This document shows positions 27,501 through 39,500 of a DNA stretch of 64,000 nucleotides, piece after piece (the first letter of the stretch is position 1; every line of letters begins with the position of its first letter). The DNA is from Catajapyx aquilonaris (taxonomy: Eukaryota). Made by a program: the position numbers and the translations under genes. The DNA lies in contig JYFJ02000499.1 in assembly GCA_000934665.2 (NCBI GenBank), positions 62,001-126,000 of the forward strand, read 5' to 3'. The notes under the pieces were generated by a model, which worked only from the letters and a program-made list of their open reading frames with translations, was not told the origin of the DNA and did not search any database.

Positions 27501-30500
27501 TACCACACCTTGGGCCAATCAGGTGGTGTAATCGCATTCTGAGCCAATCGTGTAGCTGGCAGCCACGGGCCAATCAGATTGCGTGTACCACACCTGGGCC
27601 AATCAGGTGGCGTAATCGCATTCTGAGCCAATCATGTAGCTGGCAGCCACGGGCCAATCAGATTGCGCGTACCACACCTGGGCCAATCAGAGAAATGTTT
27701 AGCCAGCTCTGGCCAATCAGGTGGCGTAATCGCATTCGGAGTCATAGTTGGCAGCCACGGGCCAATCAGAATGCGTGTGGTCCACCTGAGCCAATCAGAT
27801 CGACGGATAAGCAGTGCCCAATCATGAGGCGTCTTCCCAAGGCCAGTTTTTCACCATACTAACACTAACCCCGCTTTTTTTTCCAAGCACTTTGGCAGGT
27901 ACCGCTCGGGGACTAATTGGTGTAACGGGGTGCTTGACTAACAGGTGCGCAGTTTAACATGGGTGGTGTTGGTCGTTCCTCTTGCAGAAATAAAGACCTG
28001 CAACCCCGAGCAATTCAGCTGCCACGGGCGTGAGGGGGAGTGTGTGCCCCTTTCATGGGTGTGTGATGACCACGCAGACTGCTCGGATGGCTCTGACGAA
28101 CGGGCTTGCAGTAAGAGTTAACGCTTTTAGTGTTGTGCGCGTAGCTTCAACCACGCCCCACCCACCCCGACCAGAGTATATACTATATAATGCATGGGGT
28201 GTTTTGCCTCTAGGGTTAGGGTGTGAGTTGTGTTGCATGAATGCATGGATGGATATCGCTCCAGGGTTGATGCTGGGATGGGACGTCAGCTTTTTCCCCC
28301 CATATCTCTCCTCGTATATAGCTCGGAATCACTTTAGGCGTTAATGTATTCATGGAGTGCAAACTGTACAAGTAGATAGTTTGCTCTAAAAGCAACGGTT
28401 CGACTCCCCAAGTAGCGCGTTTTGATAGCATACGATAATTGCCAGATTCGATGGTACATTAGGTTTAAGCTAACCTTTACCCCATGGCTAAAACGTAGCA
28501 TTGCATTTGCAGTTATTGATTACCATATAAATAAATTACGTGGTTCCTTAAACTATATAGTATTTCACAAGATAAACTTGATTACAAAAGATTTGTTAAT
28601 AATTTTTATACGGAATATATCAGCAAAGGTTATCCTGACACTCGAGGGCAACCCTTCAACCTCTCTTGTTCTCAGGGACGGCTGACTCCCAGGATAAACT
28701 CACCTCGGGCCAGTTTTTGCGCTCATTTAATGTTGCATTATGATATTCTGATGCTTGTTCCGGTGAGAGAATATACCGGAATTTGTACATATCTTTGGGG
28801 CGTCATTAACAGCTGCAGAAGCCACATTTCTGCAATAATTAGTACTGTACAACTGGTTGACCTAGAACTGGAACAGACGCTTCCAAGTGACTGGATGTAC
28901 AGTATACACCTTTGACTTGTACGTTATGAGCCAGGCAATCCGTATTGACATGTAAAGTCGCGTAAAGTGTACTGTAGCCGATTCGATTAACAGCTCTCCT
29001 GCTGCATGGAGTGTTGTTGGAGCCAAGTTATTACTGCAGCCTCGATTACGCATATTCGTAGCGCTCGTCTCCTGGAGCAGTTTGATCGCGCATTAAGAAC
29101 AAAGTGGGAGGGATGGGAAGGCAAGTAATTTCTGGCAGAAGCGGAGACAAGGAGGCAGATGATGCAGTTGAGCAGGGGGAAGGCCCCCTCGTTTCCAGGG
29201 AGACAAAAGGGTTAAGGTGTCTCCGTGTCGTGTCCACCGCCGGAGGTTTGGTTATTGCTGGAGGAGCTCAGCCGCCGAGTTTAATTACCGGCGACACGAA
29301 TAGACTTCACTCCGGCACCGAAAGGCCTCTAATTAAAATCGATTTTAATGTCACCATCAACGCGATATGAATATTGCATTAGCGCCGGGCTAGCCGCGAT
29401 TGAGCCGATCCTTTTGTCCCGGACGCCGATTCTGTCCCGTAAACACCCGCATCTGGACGCTGTGATTGATGCTGGGAGATGATGAGAAAAAGGAGCTAGC
29501 GCAAGAATTAAAGCAGGCACTAATTAGCTGGTAAAGCTACATGCTAACTTCCAGAGTCCGGCTTGTTTCGCTACTAATATATGATAGTTTTTTTTCCCCC
29601 AGTAGAGCCTCAAATGTTAATGGCCATATTTGCGGGCGCTGGCCTCTCTTGTTTTTTTTGTCGAACAAGAGAGTGCAGTTTTCAATCTCCACTTTTGAGA
29701 GATTGGAGCGAAAAGGGTGCGGGATAGAAAGAGATAGATAAAAAAAAAGAAGAGAGAGGTAGAGAGAGACCTGGCTGCCTCTTGTGTATACAGTGAGGGA
29801 AGCGAAAATAGTCCGGGCCTCCAGTTTCCGAGTGTGGATGGAGTAATGTGAAGCGAGCCCTTTCAAAATGGGTGGGTGAGATGGGTGGGTGGGGGGGAAA
29901 GACGAGAAAGGAAGCCGTGGGAATCTCGGGAATTGAAAAGAGCCGCCTCTCTCTTCTCTTTCCTTTTTTTCACTCCGGACAGAGAGCCGAGAAAAGTTCT
30001 CTCCTCCTCTTTTTTTTCTACTCCAGTTTCGACTCCCGGAACGGAAAATTGCGCCAAATAACTCTGGCACCTATTAGGTTTCTTTTAAAACTCGAAAGGG
30101 AGGAGAGAGCCCAGGTTATAACAGAGTCAGTATTGTGATTACTGATTACATTTCCTCCTCGAAATTCGACTCTGGAAAAAAAATGGAAAGCTGGAGGCGA
30201 GGCTGGAGGGGTCGGATTGACATTCTGCTTACATTGTCACAATATGCAAAAAAAGAGAGAGAGAGAGAGCGAAATTCAGTTTGCAAGTATGATGCTAGCT
30301 CTGATTTCTGCAGGCATTCTTCAATGAAAACAAAAGTACCGAACAGTTATGCTGCCTGGTGAGTTTGGAAAGGCTTCATTTTTGCAAATAATCTGCAAGC
30401 TAATATTTCAATTCGAGTTTATTCGAGTGGAATCTACCGTGCCCACTCTTGCGGTAGAAAATATGGCTAGCCCTTCGCAGTATCAGCTTCTTACAAAGGC

Positions 30501-33500
30501 CCTTCCTGCGTAGGTTGCGGCCTAGAAGAGGCTATTAGCGCCTAGGTTACGGTGGGTAGGGACGCCTCCGGAGAGGCCTGGTATTAGTGCTTTCACCCCC
30601 CCTTATGTGGTTAGCAAGCTCTTATGATTTGTTAAAATCAGGGGACGCCTCCAGCTTCCAGTGATGGTAACCAACATGATCCTCGCAGGCCTTGGCATCA
30701 GCGCTTATTCCCAGTTGACCATGCAGGTTGTATGAGAATCACTTCAAACTTTAATGGCACGCAGCAAAGTGGGCAGTGACGGGGTTTCTGCAAAAAAAAG
30801 GGGGGAGATGGAATTTAAGTGGTATTTTGGCAACCCGTCAGTTATTGAGAGAGCAATGGGCCAAAGGGGGAGGCCATCAGAAATAGAGTATGGCCGGATA
30901 TATCTGGCAAGGTCATTCAATGGCACCTGGCCTGGGGCTAAAAAGGCTCTAATGCGCTTGATTAGCGTCACGGCCTGACCTACATGGCGCAATTGAAACA
31001 CGCTTCAAGCTATAGTGTTGCAATGCAGCCCATCTTATTGGCTACTGGCCTGTTGGGCTATTGTATGCCAGTATGATGTGTAGGTATATATTACGAATAT
31101 TCTGTAGATCCGTCTTCCAAGTGTTTGTAAACCTGGTTGTATATCCAAGAGCAGCCAGGTCTTTCCCCTGCTGCTGGCACGTTTGCCAAAGTGCTTCTGC
31201 GTGAGTCCGTCTGCTTATTAAAGCACAATCACGTCTGCACAATTAAGGGGTGGCGGGGGGCAGTTTGGGAACGCCATTTGAGAGGCTGCCAAAGGGCCAG
31301 GGCGGAATGAAGCTACCTCAAACAACGCAATTTGGGTTCTGGGATGGGAAACGAGGCGGGGTTCACCCATCTCTCAGGTACAGGAGTAGGAGGCTGTGGG
31401 GGATGAACCTGCGTCACACGAAAATAGGGACGTCAGCGGGATTCCGTCCAGTTTTATTTCCAACCCACTTTCACAGGATACGTGACCACATATATGGGGA
31501 ATGAATTTGTCGGGAGGCAGGGGGGCAATATCCGGACAAAGCGTTTTAAAATCCAGGAGCCTCGAAATAATTTTCTTTCGGTAATTCAGTAACTCGGTGG
31601 ATGTAACGAAGCACCAATTTCGGAACCTGACTTCATTTGGGCTCATACATGAGGGAGCCTTATCAGTGCCTGCAATTTTCCTGTATCTTCCTCCGGACCA
31701 TATTACGAGCGATAAGCCGAATTTTATAACCCACATCTTGGCGGATGAACTCTAGTTTTTTTAAAAAAGAGCTCCACACCGCCTGGCGTCTCTTTTTCCC
31801 GTGCCCAAAAGTTGAGGACAAAAACCCTGCTCCTGGGTGGAAAATCCTCCTCCATTTTCTATAGGAAGTGGATGCGGTGAAGCCCAAGTGCATTCTGTTT
31901 GTCCTAATCCTTCCTAAGCAAACATCAGCATCGGTTGGCCACTTCAGGGGCTCGTGACTGGCTTTCCTGATCGGATATGAATCCTTACTCCCGAGGGGAC
32001 CCAGGATTTTTTCTAACCCGGATTTTTCTGTCCATTTCCGCTTTATTGATAAGCGCTTCCTGCCAATAGGGAATAGAAATTGCTAATTCGGCAACACCTG
32101 GGGGTTGTGTGTATATATGAGCGTACATATACAAAAAAATACGGGTGGTAGCCTTGCTGGCACTTTCGGTCCGGTTATTACGCTTGGGGTAACGTTGCAT
32201 GCTTTTTAAATTACTGCAGTGCACTCCCTGCATCATTTTGAAAACTAAATTACAAAACCAGTGTCCCGGGATTTTTTTTTCTTGTTGTTCCTTTTTTGCC
32301 CCCGCACACAACGAGAGTGAATGCGATTTACGTCGCTTTTGCCAACTTCGCCATTCAACACTGGTTGTACGACAGAAAATAACAAAAGTTGGGAACAATC
32401 CGTCTGGGAATTTGCGCGGCAAACTTACAGGGCAAGAAATTACTGACTTTTTGTTACTTATATAAGACTCGAGGATGAAAATGAACTTCCCCCGTGCGCA
32501 GGCGACCTCCGTGGTGAAATATGTTCCGACGGAGAAGAGAAATGGTGGCAATAACGTCGGTTGGCCCCCGTGATCGAAGGAGAAGGGGGGGCATCCGGGT
32601 TCCGGTTATGCGTCTCTGTCCGGCCTGCAGCCTCAGCTTTTTCTTAACATCCTCGTTACTCCAGGCCAACCAGGGGGGGCCTGTTGGGACTCGTTTCTCT
32701 CTCAACTTTGCCTCCGGGGACGCCAAAGCAAGCAGGCCTAATGACCATGCCAAGATGGCGCCTACCGTCACCCCAGGGACGCCAACAGAAGGCGTCGCTG
32801 CCTCACACATGGTGCAATATTTTTATGACCTATATGTACATACTGCAGTACCTTGGTTGTTTATCAGTAGTGGCCAGAATGGAATTGACAGTCCGGACAG
32901 GGCCCGTCTTGCCAGGCTGTGTCTGAAAAGACGGTGCACGACGCGTGAAGAGCGAGAAAAACACTGATTCTAATTAAGATTTGATAATTATCAGGGAGTG
33001 GTGTTGGCATGTTTTCCTGCAGGCGGGCAGGCAGGGGCGGACAGGAAAGGGGGGATGGAAGGTAGAGCTCCGCAACGAGCCGCTGCCAAGTCCCATTTAC
33101 TCCTCGGGCCTTGTCAAATGCCCTCCAAGCACCTCTGCAAACTCTTCTCTCAGGCCCTGGAAATTGGAGGGTGGAGAGAGGAGAGGATGGGGAGGAAAAG
33201 GGGGGGAGGGAAATTCAAGTGAAGGGAGGTTAAAATGATTACATGGCATTGTGAGCTCGACGCACTTAATCCAGACAAGGGCGCGAGGCAGTCAGGCTTT
33301 GGAGCTGAATAGCCAATGAGAGTCGGGGACGCAGATGGAGTGACCAAGGTGCCGGATTTATCGCGATCCGGAGGTGGTCCAGGGGTCGAGACTGGGCCTG
33401 GGAGGAAACCGTTCTCCGATTTACAGCCACAGAACCAAAGATGCATTGGGCAAAGCTGCCTAGCCACGCGCTACGTTTCGACCAATCCGCACATTTTTAA

Positions 33501-36500
33501 AAATACAATTTACATGAATCCGAGCTGCAAAGGCGGTGTTGTCTCTTCATCCGCTTTCGCAAATTAATAAAAATTGACGTGCCTGACGTAACACTGCCAA
33601 CATGGCGAACCGCAATTAAGTCTGCCAGGCTCCCATTTTCTCCCGAGACCCTGACAAATACGATTTGTGAGAAGATTTGCGTCAATATTTGTTCCTCCGA
33701 AAAGCACTTCAATCCGACACACCTTACTTTATCCGGATTCAAGAAAATCTATAGTTTAATACTGATGCGATGAGATGGCGCCGAATTGGTAGCATGTTGT
33801 CAACGCTTTTGGGGCTCGTGTGTGTGTGTGGTTCTCCAACACCGCTTTTCTGTGTGGCCAACCTGCAGGCCTGCTGATACCCGCTCCTCCCCCCCAAAAA
33901 ATGTGGCCCACCGGTGCAAATGAATTATTAAAGTGGTTGGGGCTGGTTGTCGGCGCCGGTGCGAATTGATACAGGCCGCGTTTTAGCCGCGCAAATGAAT
34001 TTAGTCGGCTCCTATTGGAATGTCATGTAATGGTGGGCTGGCTTCGAGGTCGGCCCGTGTAAATATTTATAAATTTGTACTGCTGGCTGATACGGTTCGC
34101 ATACATTTTCGCGGGTGGGTTTTCGGTTGGGGCGGTTTTCCAGGGAACTGCTGCCTTTTGCAATGTGCCTGGCCGTAGTGGTCAGGTATAGGTTTAGAAG
34201 CGGAAGAATCCTTGCACTTGCTTGAAAGGAAATCAGACGGCATCTCACCCATCTGTAGGAAAGTCATTTCTAAGCCGGAATTGCCAATTAATTTAAAACA
34301 ATGTGCCCTTTTATGATGATCCGCATGTTAAAAGTTACTAGCCATTATTTGGATCACAAAACCCAACAATTATCCATAAAATCCGCAGTAAAACAAAACC
34401 TCCACTGGCCATATTTCCAAGTCGTTTCATCTGATGCCATATTTTTATCAACAAAAATCATGAAGCACATTATTCGGTTGAAGGCCAGGATATTCGACTT
34501 GACACCTGAATTTACGTGCAGGTCATACTTTGCGTGCTAGAGAGCGAAATGGACTGTAGTTACTGAAGTTGGCGCACATCATTAAAAAAAAAAAAACCCC
34601 ATAGCGGTTTTATACCTTCCTGTCAGGTCTGGTTAGTTCACGAAGCACAAGCGCGATGTTAATTCCCCAAGTCGCATCCAAACTCTCCTCCGACCATTTT
34701 GCAACGCATAAACACTTGAATATGTAATGCGTTGTTTTTTGGAGGGAGGTGTGGTGGTGGTGGAGCAGAGAGAGAGAGAGAGACCGAAGAGAGCTAGACA
34801 ATTTGCAAGCCCACTTGTAAATTAGGAATTCTCGACGTCCCCCCAGGAAGGGGCCTTGAATAATGTAAGGCCTGTAAGTTCAACTCTTGCTGACTAAAGC
34901 CCAGTGTATTAGAGTGGGGGGAAACGGATCTGGAAGTAGATGAGCAAAGACACGGATGGATTTTCTCTTCTAAAGGGTTGATGGACCGACAGGGAGGGGG
35001 ACTGAAGATGGAATTGGGTTGCGACGGGGGTTACATCCAGACGAAGAGGCTTCCATCCATCGACAGGGACAGATTGTGACCCGATTACCGTCGAGGTGTC
35101 GCCCAGAATTAAGCTGGGTTCACACCAGGCCTCGTTGTCACAGGATAGGGTCGGAACCCACCAGTATAGTAATGGGTTCACACGAGCGTTGTTGTCCTTG
35201 GTCGTTGTGTTATGGTAGTGGCTTGCATTGTGCTGATTTGCCAACTCGGCTGAATTCACCACAAGATCCACCAACACACGGTTTTCATACAACCACTAAA
35301 AGCTCATTTAAATAATTAAATTGTAATTAAAGCAGCTTTGAATAGTGGACAAAAGTGTGATTGTCATGCGCGCAAAAATTCTCAGAAAAAAAGTACTTAA
35401 TTGAATCGGCAAGAAAGTTGTGCCACATTCTAATTTTGGGAGACTGCTTCCTCCCATTAGGAGATAGATCTCAGACGTGAAAAATAAGAGCCACTTTCCG
35501 CCAGCCGGTAATGAGTTTACGCTAATTAATGCCATGTGCGTGGGAACAATTTTTCAAAAACACGGCGTGTCTTTTCCCAGGAGACAAGTGTACCTCAAGT
35601 TGGACATGCTTTGAATCGCTTTTGGCACACACACAAAAAAAAACCTGCAAAAATTTTTCAGGTCCCCTGTTTAGAACGCCCGACGGGGATAAAAAGTGGG
35701 AAGTTAATCAGTTCCACCCGATTTATCCTGGGGGGTGCTGCTGGTGAAGAAAAAGAAGAAGGTGGGGGAGGGGGGGGGGAAACGAAAATCCGAACATTTT
35801 CCCCGGAGACCTCCTCAGGTGTTTGCCCTTCTGGCAAAGATTTGTTGACCGAGATTCTGTCATTGGGTGTAAAGTTCGCCGGAGACTTGTTTGCTCGCTC
35901 AGGTATTACACTGGAACTAGTTGGAAGTGGTTTTATCCATATTTTGTGAGGTAATGGTTTTCCATTGGTAGGCCTAGTAAAAACATCCGGTGGACATAGA
36001 TTTTTGAAATTGCGGAATTGCACAATTTAGTTAGACAAATATGTGCTAGCGTAGTAAGCGGATTTTGCCTTTTTTAATTGTCTTATTCTGTCATTTACAA
36101 AGCAATATTTTTCTCACTATTAAAGTTTGCAAAAAAGTGAACATAACATTAAAATGAACTGGCTCATTGTATTCGCGAATTACGATAGGAAGCTCAGGGA
36201 GTAATTTGGCGTTTGTAAAGAGGTTTTCCTCGGCGCGTCTGGTGCCGGAATGTGAGTGACAATTTTGGGCCTTATCGAAAGCTTGGAGAGGGGGGGGGAT
36301 AGGAAGAGAGGCTGGCTGCACTTTCGTCTCGTTTAATTCGCAATAAGCGGGCAGAAATGCGAAAGCGGAGTTGGGTTATCAGAAGGCCATTTCTCCTCCT
36401 CTGTGCCAGAATGGGGCGACGAAGCTTGAGATTTGCATCACAAAAACCTTTCCATTTGATTTATCGCCAGGGAATTGAAGATGGGGGTGGAAAGAGTTGG

Positions 36501-39500
36501 AAGTTTTTTTTTTTTTAGAAAAGGGGTGGAAGGGAAGGGGGCTAGGGGGGTTACAATTTCCACCTCCCTGCACTTTCCTCCCAAGAATTTATAACCTCGA
36601 ATTGAAGTCTAGCCCACCTAATCCGATGCATCCGTTTTCCGTGGAAGTGGTTGCCCGTCTGACAAAGTAGAATTATGTGAGGAACCTCCTCAAACCACGC
36701 TTTGGGTCCTCCCTTTCCTTTTGCCAAAAACTATCCGGAAAGGGAATATTGGCCCGGCCATATTTTTCGCCCGACTTTTTTTTTAAACTCCAAAAGAAAG
36801 AAAAGTTTTAAAAAGTGGCCTTAATTTGGTTATGCAGATGTGAGGCGGAGGCAACACCTTGCCGTTGTTCATGGGGGTGTGGGGGAGGGTGGAATGGGGA
36901 GGAGGGGGGAGGTAATTGCTTCCATTTTCGGCTTCGGTGGGAATGAATATGGTCGAGGGAATTGCATGCTCCGAGGGAAGCTGAGGTGGTTGCCTCTGAA
37001 GCTGATGGACTCGCAAATGCTTCCAGGAATTGTCCATTTGGTGGGAAACAAAAGCAGTTTTAGTTGTGCCCCGCCGCGCGCATTAATATAACCCGAATTT
37101 GGAGATGATAATCAGCGAATTAAATTTTCCTCGGGCATTTGCATTTTGCGTCCCCGTCCTCCCCCACAGAAATGCTTACTCTAGACAGGCTTTTTGGATG
37201 GGACGTTCATTTCCATTTTTAAATCCCCCCCCACCCTTCTCTTTTTCGAGTGCCCCCCCATTTGGCTCCCACCAACTTCCCCATGATTTATGAAGTGTCG
37301 CCGAGGAAGAATCTCAAACCGCCCTGCATAATGCAGATCCGTCAAGCCTGCCGTCGCGGAAAATTCGGGGGCGTCCCCGCTCGGATGATGGCCACTGGCG
37401 ATAGGCCTGGGAGCAGCAGAAGTAAAAGGACGCTGCCGGCAGATGCCGCTCGTCGCGGTTTTTCCGCCGCGTTCATCAGATTCTTTTCATGAAATATCTC
37501 GACTGGATGTTTCTCGTTCCCCTCAGGGGATGGCCACTGGCGAACTCCATTGAATTCGACAGACTCGAGAGAGAGGAATATTTTTATGCTTGATTGCCAT
37601 CAACCTCGGAGCACCCAACTGGAGATAAGCGGAGGATTCGTGCATGGATGCCACCAGCAGCAGATGTCTTCCGCCGCGTTCATAACGTTCATGCAAAACC
37701 GGCATGGAGTGCTCGGAGAAGAGTATTTTTAAAAGCCTGCAGTCTGAATGCAAATAGCCTACGACTGTTGATGTGCAACTGATGAAATAATTGCAAGAAA
37801 TGAAATGATAAAAAACTACTCGTGTGAAACATTTGAATGAAAGCCCCTATACTTTAGGTTTGAAAAGTAACTACTCGCAGGAAATGTCACTTGCAGAATA
37901 CTCGAGTCATTCGTTACTACTTAAGGCGCTTAACTACCTACCATCATCTGCATCTGACTAGGAGATGACCCTGGCGATAATCCTCCTGTTAGTACAGGGA
38001 GGCCGCCAGCAGCTGTCGCCCCACCAGCGGTTTTTCCGCCGCGCTCATCAGGCGCGAAATTTTCATGAGATATCCCTTGTGAGTGTTTGCCGTCAGCGTC
38101 GAAGGGGATAAGAGGCCAGCATCCAGCTATAGTTAATCCGTGCAGCCAAACGAGCTGAGATTTCTCGCTTGCAAACAGCGCTTATGTTGGAACAAGAAGT
38201 CAAATAGCCGTAGGCAGGGCTCCAGCGAATAAGGAACTACTGCTGCAACTGTGACCCAAAAGACGATGATGCGGGCTTCTATCTCCATGCACAGAGATGT
38301 GCTTCCGGGCCTGGGTGTTACTGGTGCTGCACTGGCAAATTACTCAGTTCATGGAGAGGATGAAGTTGATGCGCATTGCAGCCTCTGTTTTTATTACATA
38401 TGGCAGAGAACCGGGGGGAAAATATTCACAAGGATATAGACTCCCCTAGTTAGAAATGAGATGCAATAAAAACACATTATTATACAAATGTGCGTTTGTA
38501 ATGCATATCTTTTCTTTTGAGTTGGTGCATAGTTGACTCCCAGCCACGTTCAACTGTAAATTAATGCTATGAACGTGCTGCAATATTTGCTGTTTTGTTC
38601 GGGTATGGCACAAAAAGCAATTATCTCTCCAAGGCTTGCAGAAATTATTTTCAAAAACAACGCTGCATGTTCCGGACAGTCCAAGCTCCCCCCGAATATA
38701 ACGTCGACCGTTGTGTATTTACGTGCACCCCCGCTGCTTCCGCGGGCCTCGCCTTTTGTTGCAACTCGATATATATGTACAAGCTGTAAACTTCCAGCGC
38801 TTGTGAGTTATGTGCGAAATAACACCCAAACTTTATACCCATGCATGTGGCGGTCCTCTCTCTTTTTTGCATATTTTAATCCTCTCTGTAAAAAAATTTC
38901 GCGTTCTTGTATTGCCAACTGCTAAATAATTCATGGGAACAGACTAACACGGTGTTGTTTCACGGTTAGTTCATGGTTAATTACCGGTTGTACCCACAGT
39001 GTGCGAGTACAACTGGTTACGCATCTTGTGCCTGCTGTAACCTTCCTTTTTTTGCTATAAAAATTTGCATGCAAATGCTTGCACTAGGATATACGTCAAA
39101 CTTACGCTGGGCCCCCCTAATGGGCCGTTATTTGGAGATACGGTACAGGTGCGAGGGTCATTAATAATTCATCAGGCCTCCCAGTATAACTCGGCTCCAC
39201 ACAATTCCAAAGTTGGCGCCCTGGGAGGTAAAAGCAACTGCAAGCTCATTTTTAGCTGCATCTCCCTTTGGGGGATGCACCGCTTGCTCTACACAAATTC
39301 CTTGTATCCCCCCAAGTCAGAAACTAAGATGATGTTTTTTTTCGGTTTGTTTTTCAGACGAGACTTGCACTGCTGATGAGTTTACGTGCAGCAACGGAAA
39401 GTGCATCCAGCAGAGATGGTTGTGCGACAAGGACGACGATTGTGGGGACGGATCGGACGAGGAGAATTGTCCGGAGATGACTTGCGCACCAAACACAGAC

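Noticed and set aside
27341..27825. CRISPR-like repeat-spacer appearance of the CCAATC array
   Set aside because: The core is only about 10 bp, spacers are reused rather than unique, there are no cas genes, and the context is a spliceosomal intron.
27013..27862. ORFs 27013..27573(-) and 27494..27862(+)
   Set aside because: By-products of the 84-bp repeat period; no recognisable domain.
28396..28410. B-box-like GGTTCGACTCCC (a similar motif occurs near 12935)
   Set aside because: No convincing A box or cloverleaf, so no tRNA is called.
37965..38078. [12 protein letters not shown]... ending at GTGAGT as an alternative signal-peptide exon
   Set aside because: Phase 0 does not match the phase-1 acceptor at 39358, the hydrophobic core is short, and it lies within a repeat copy.
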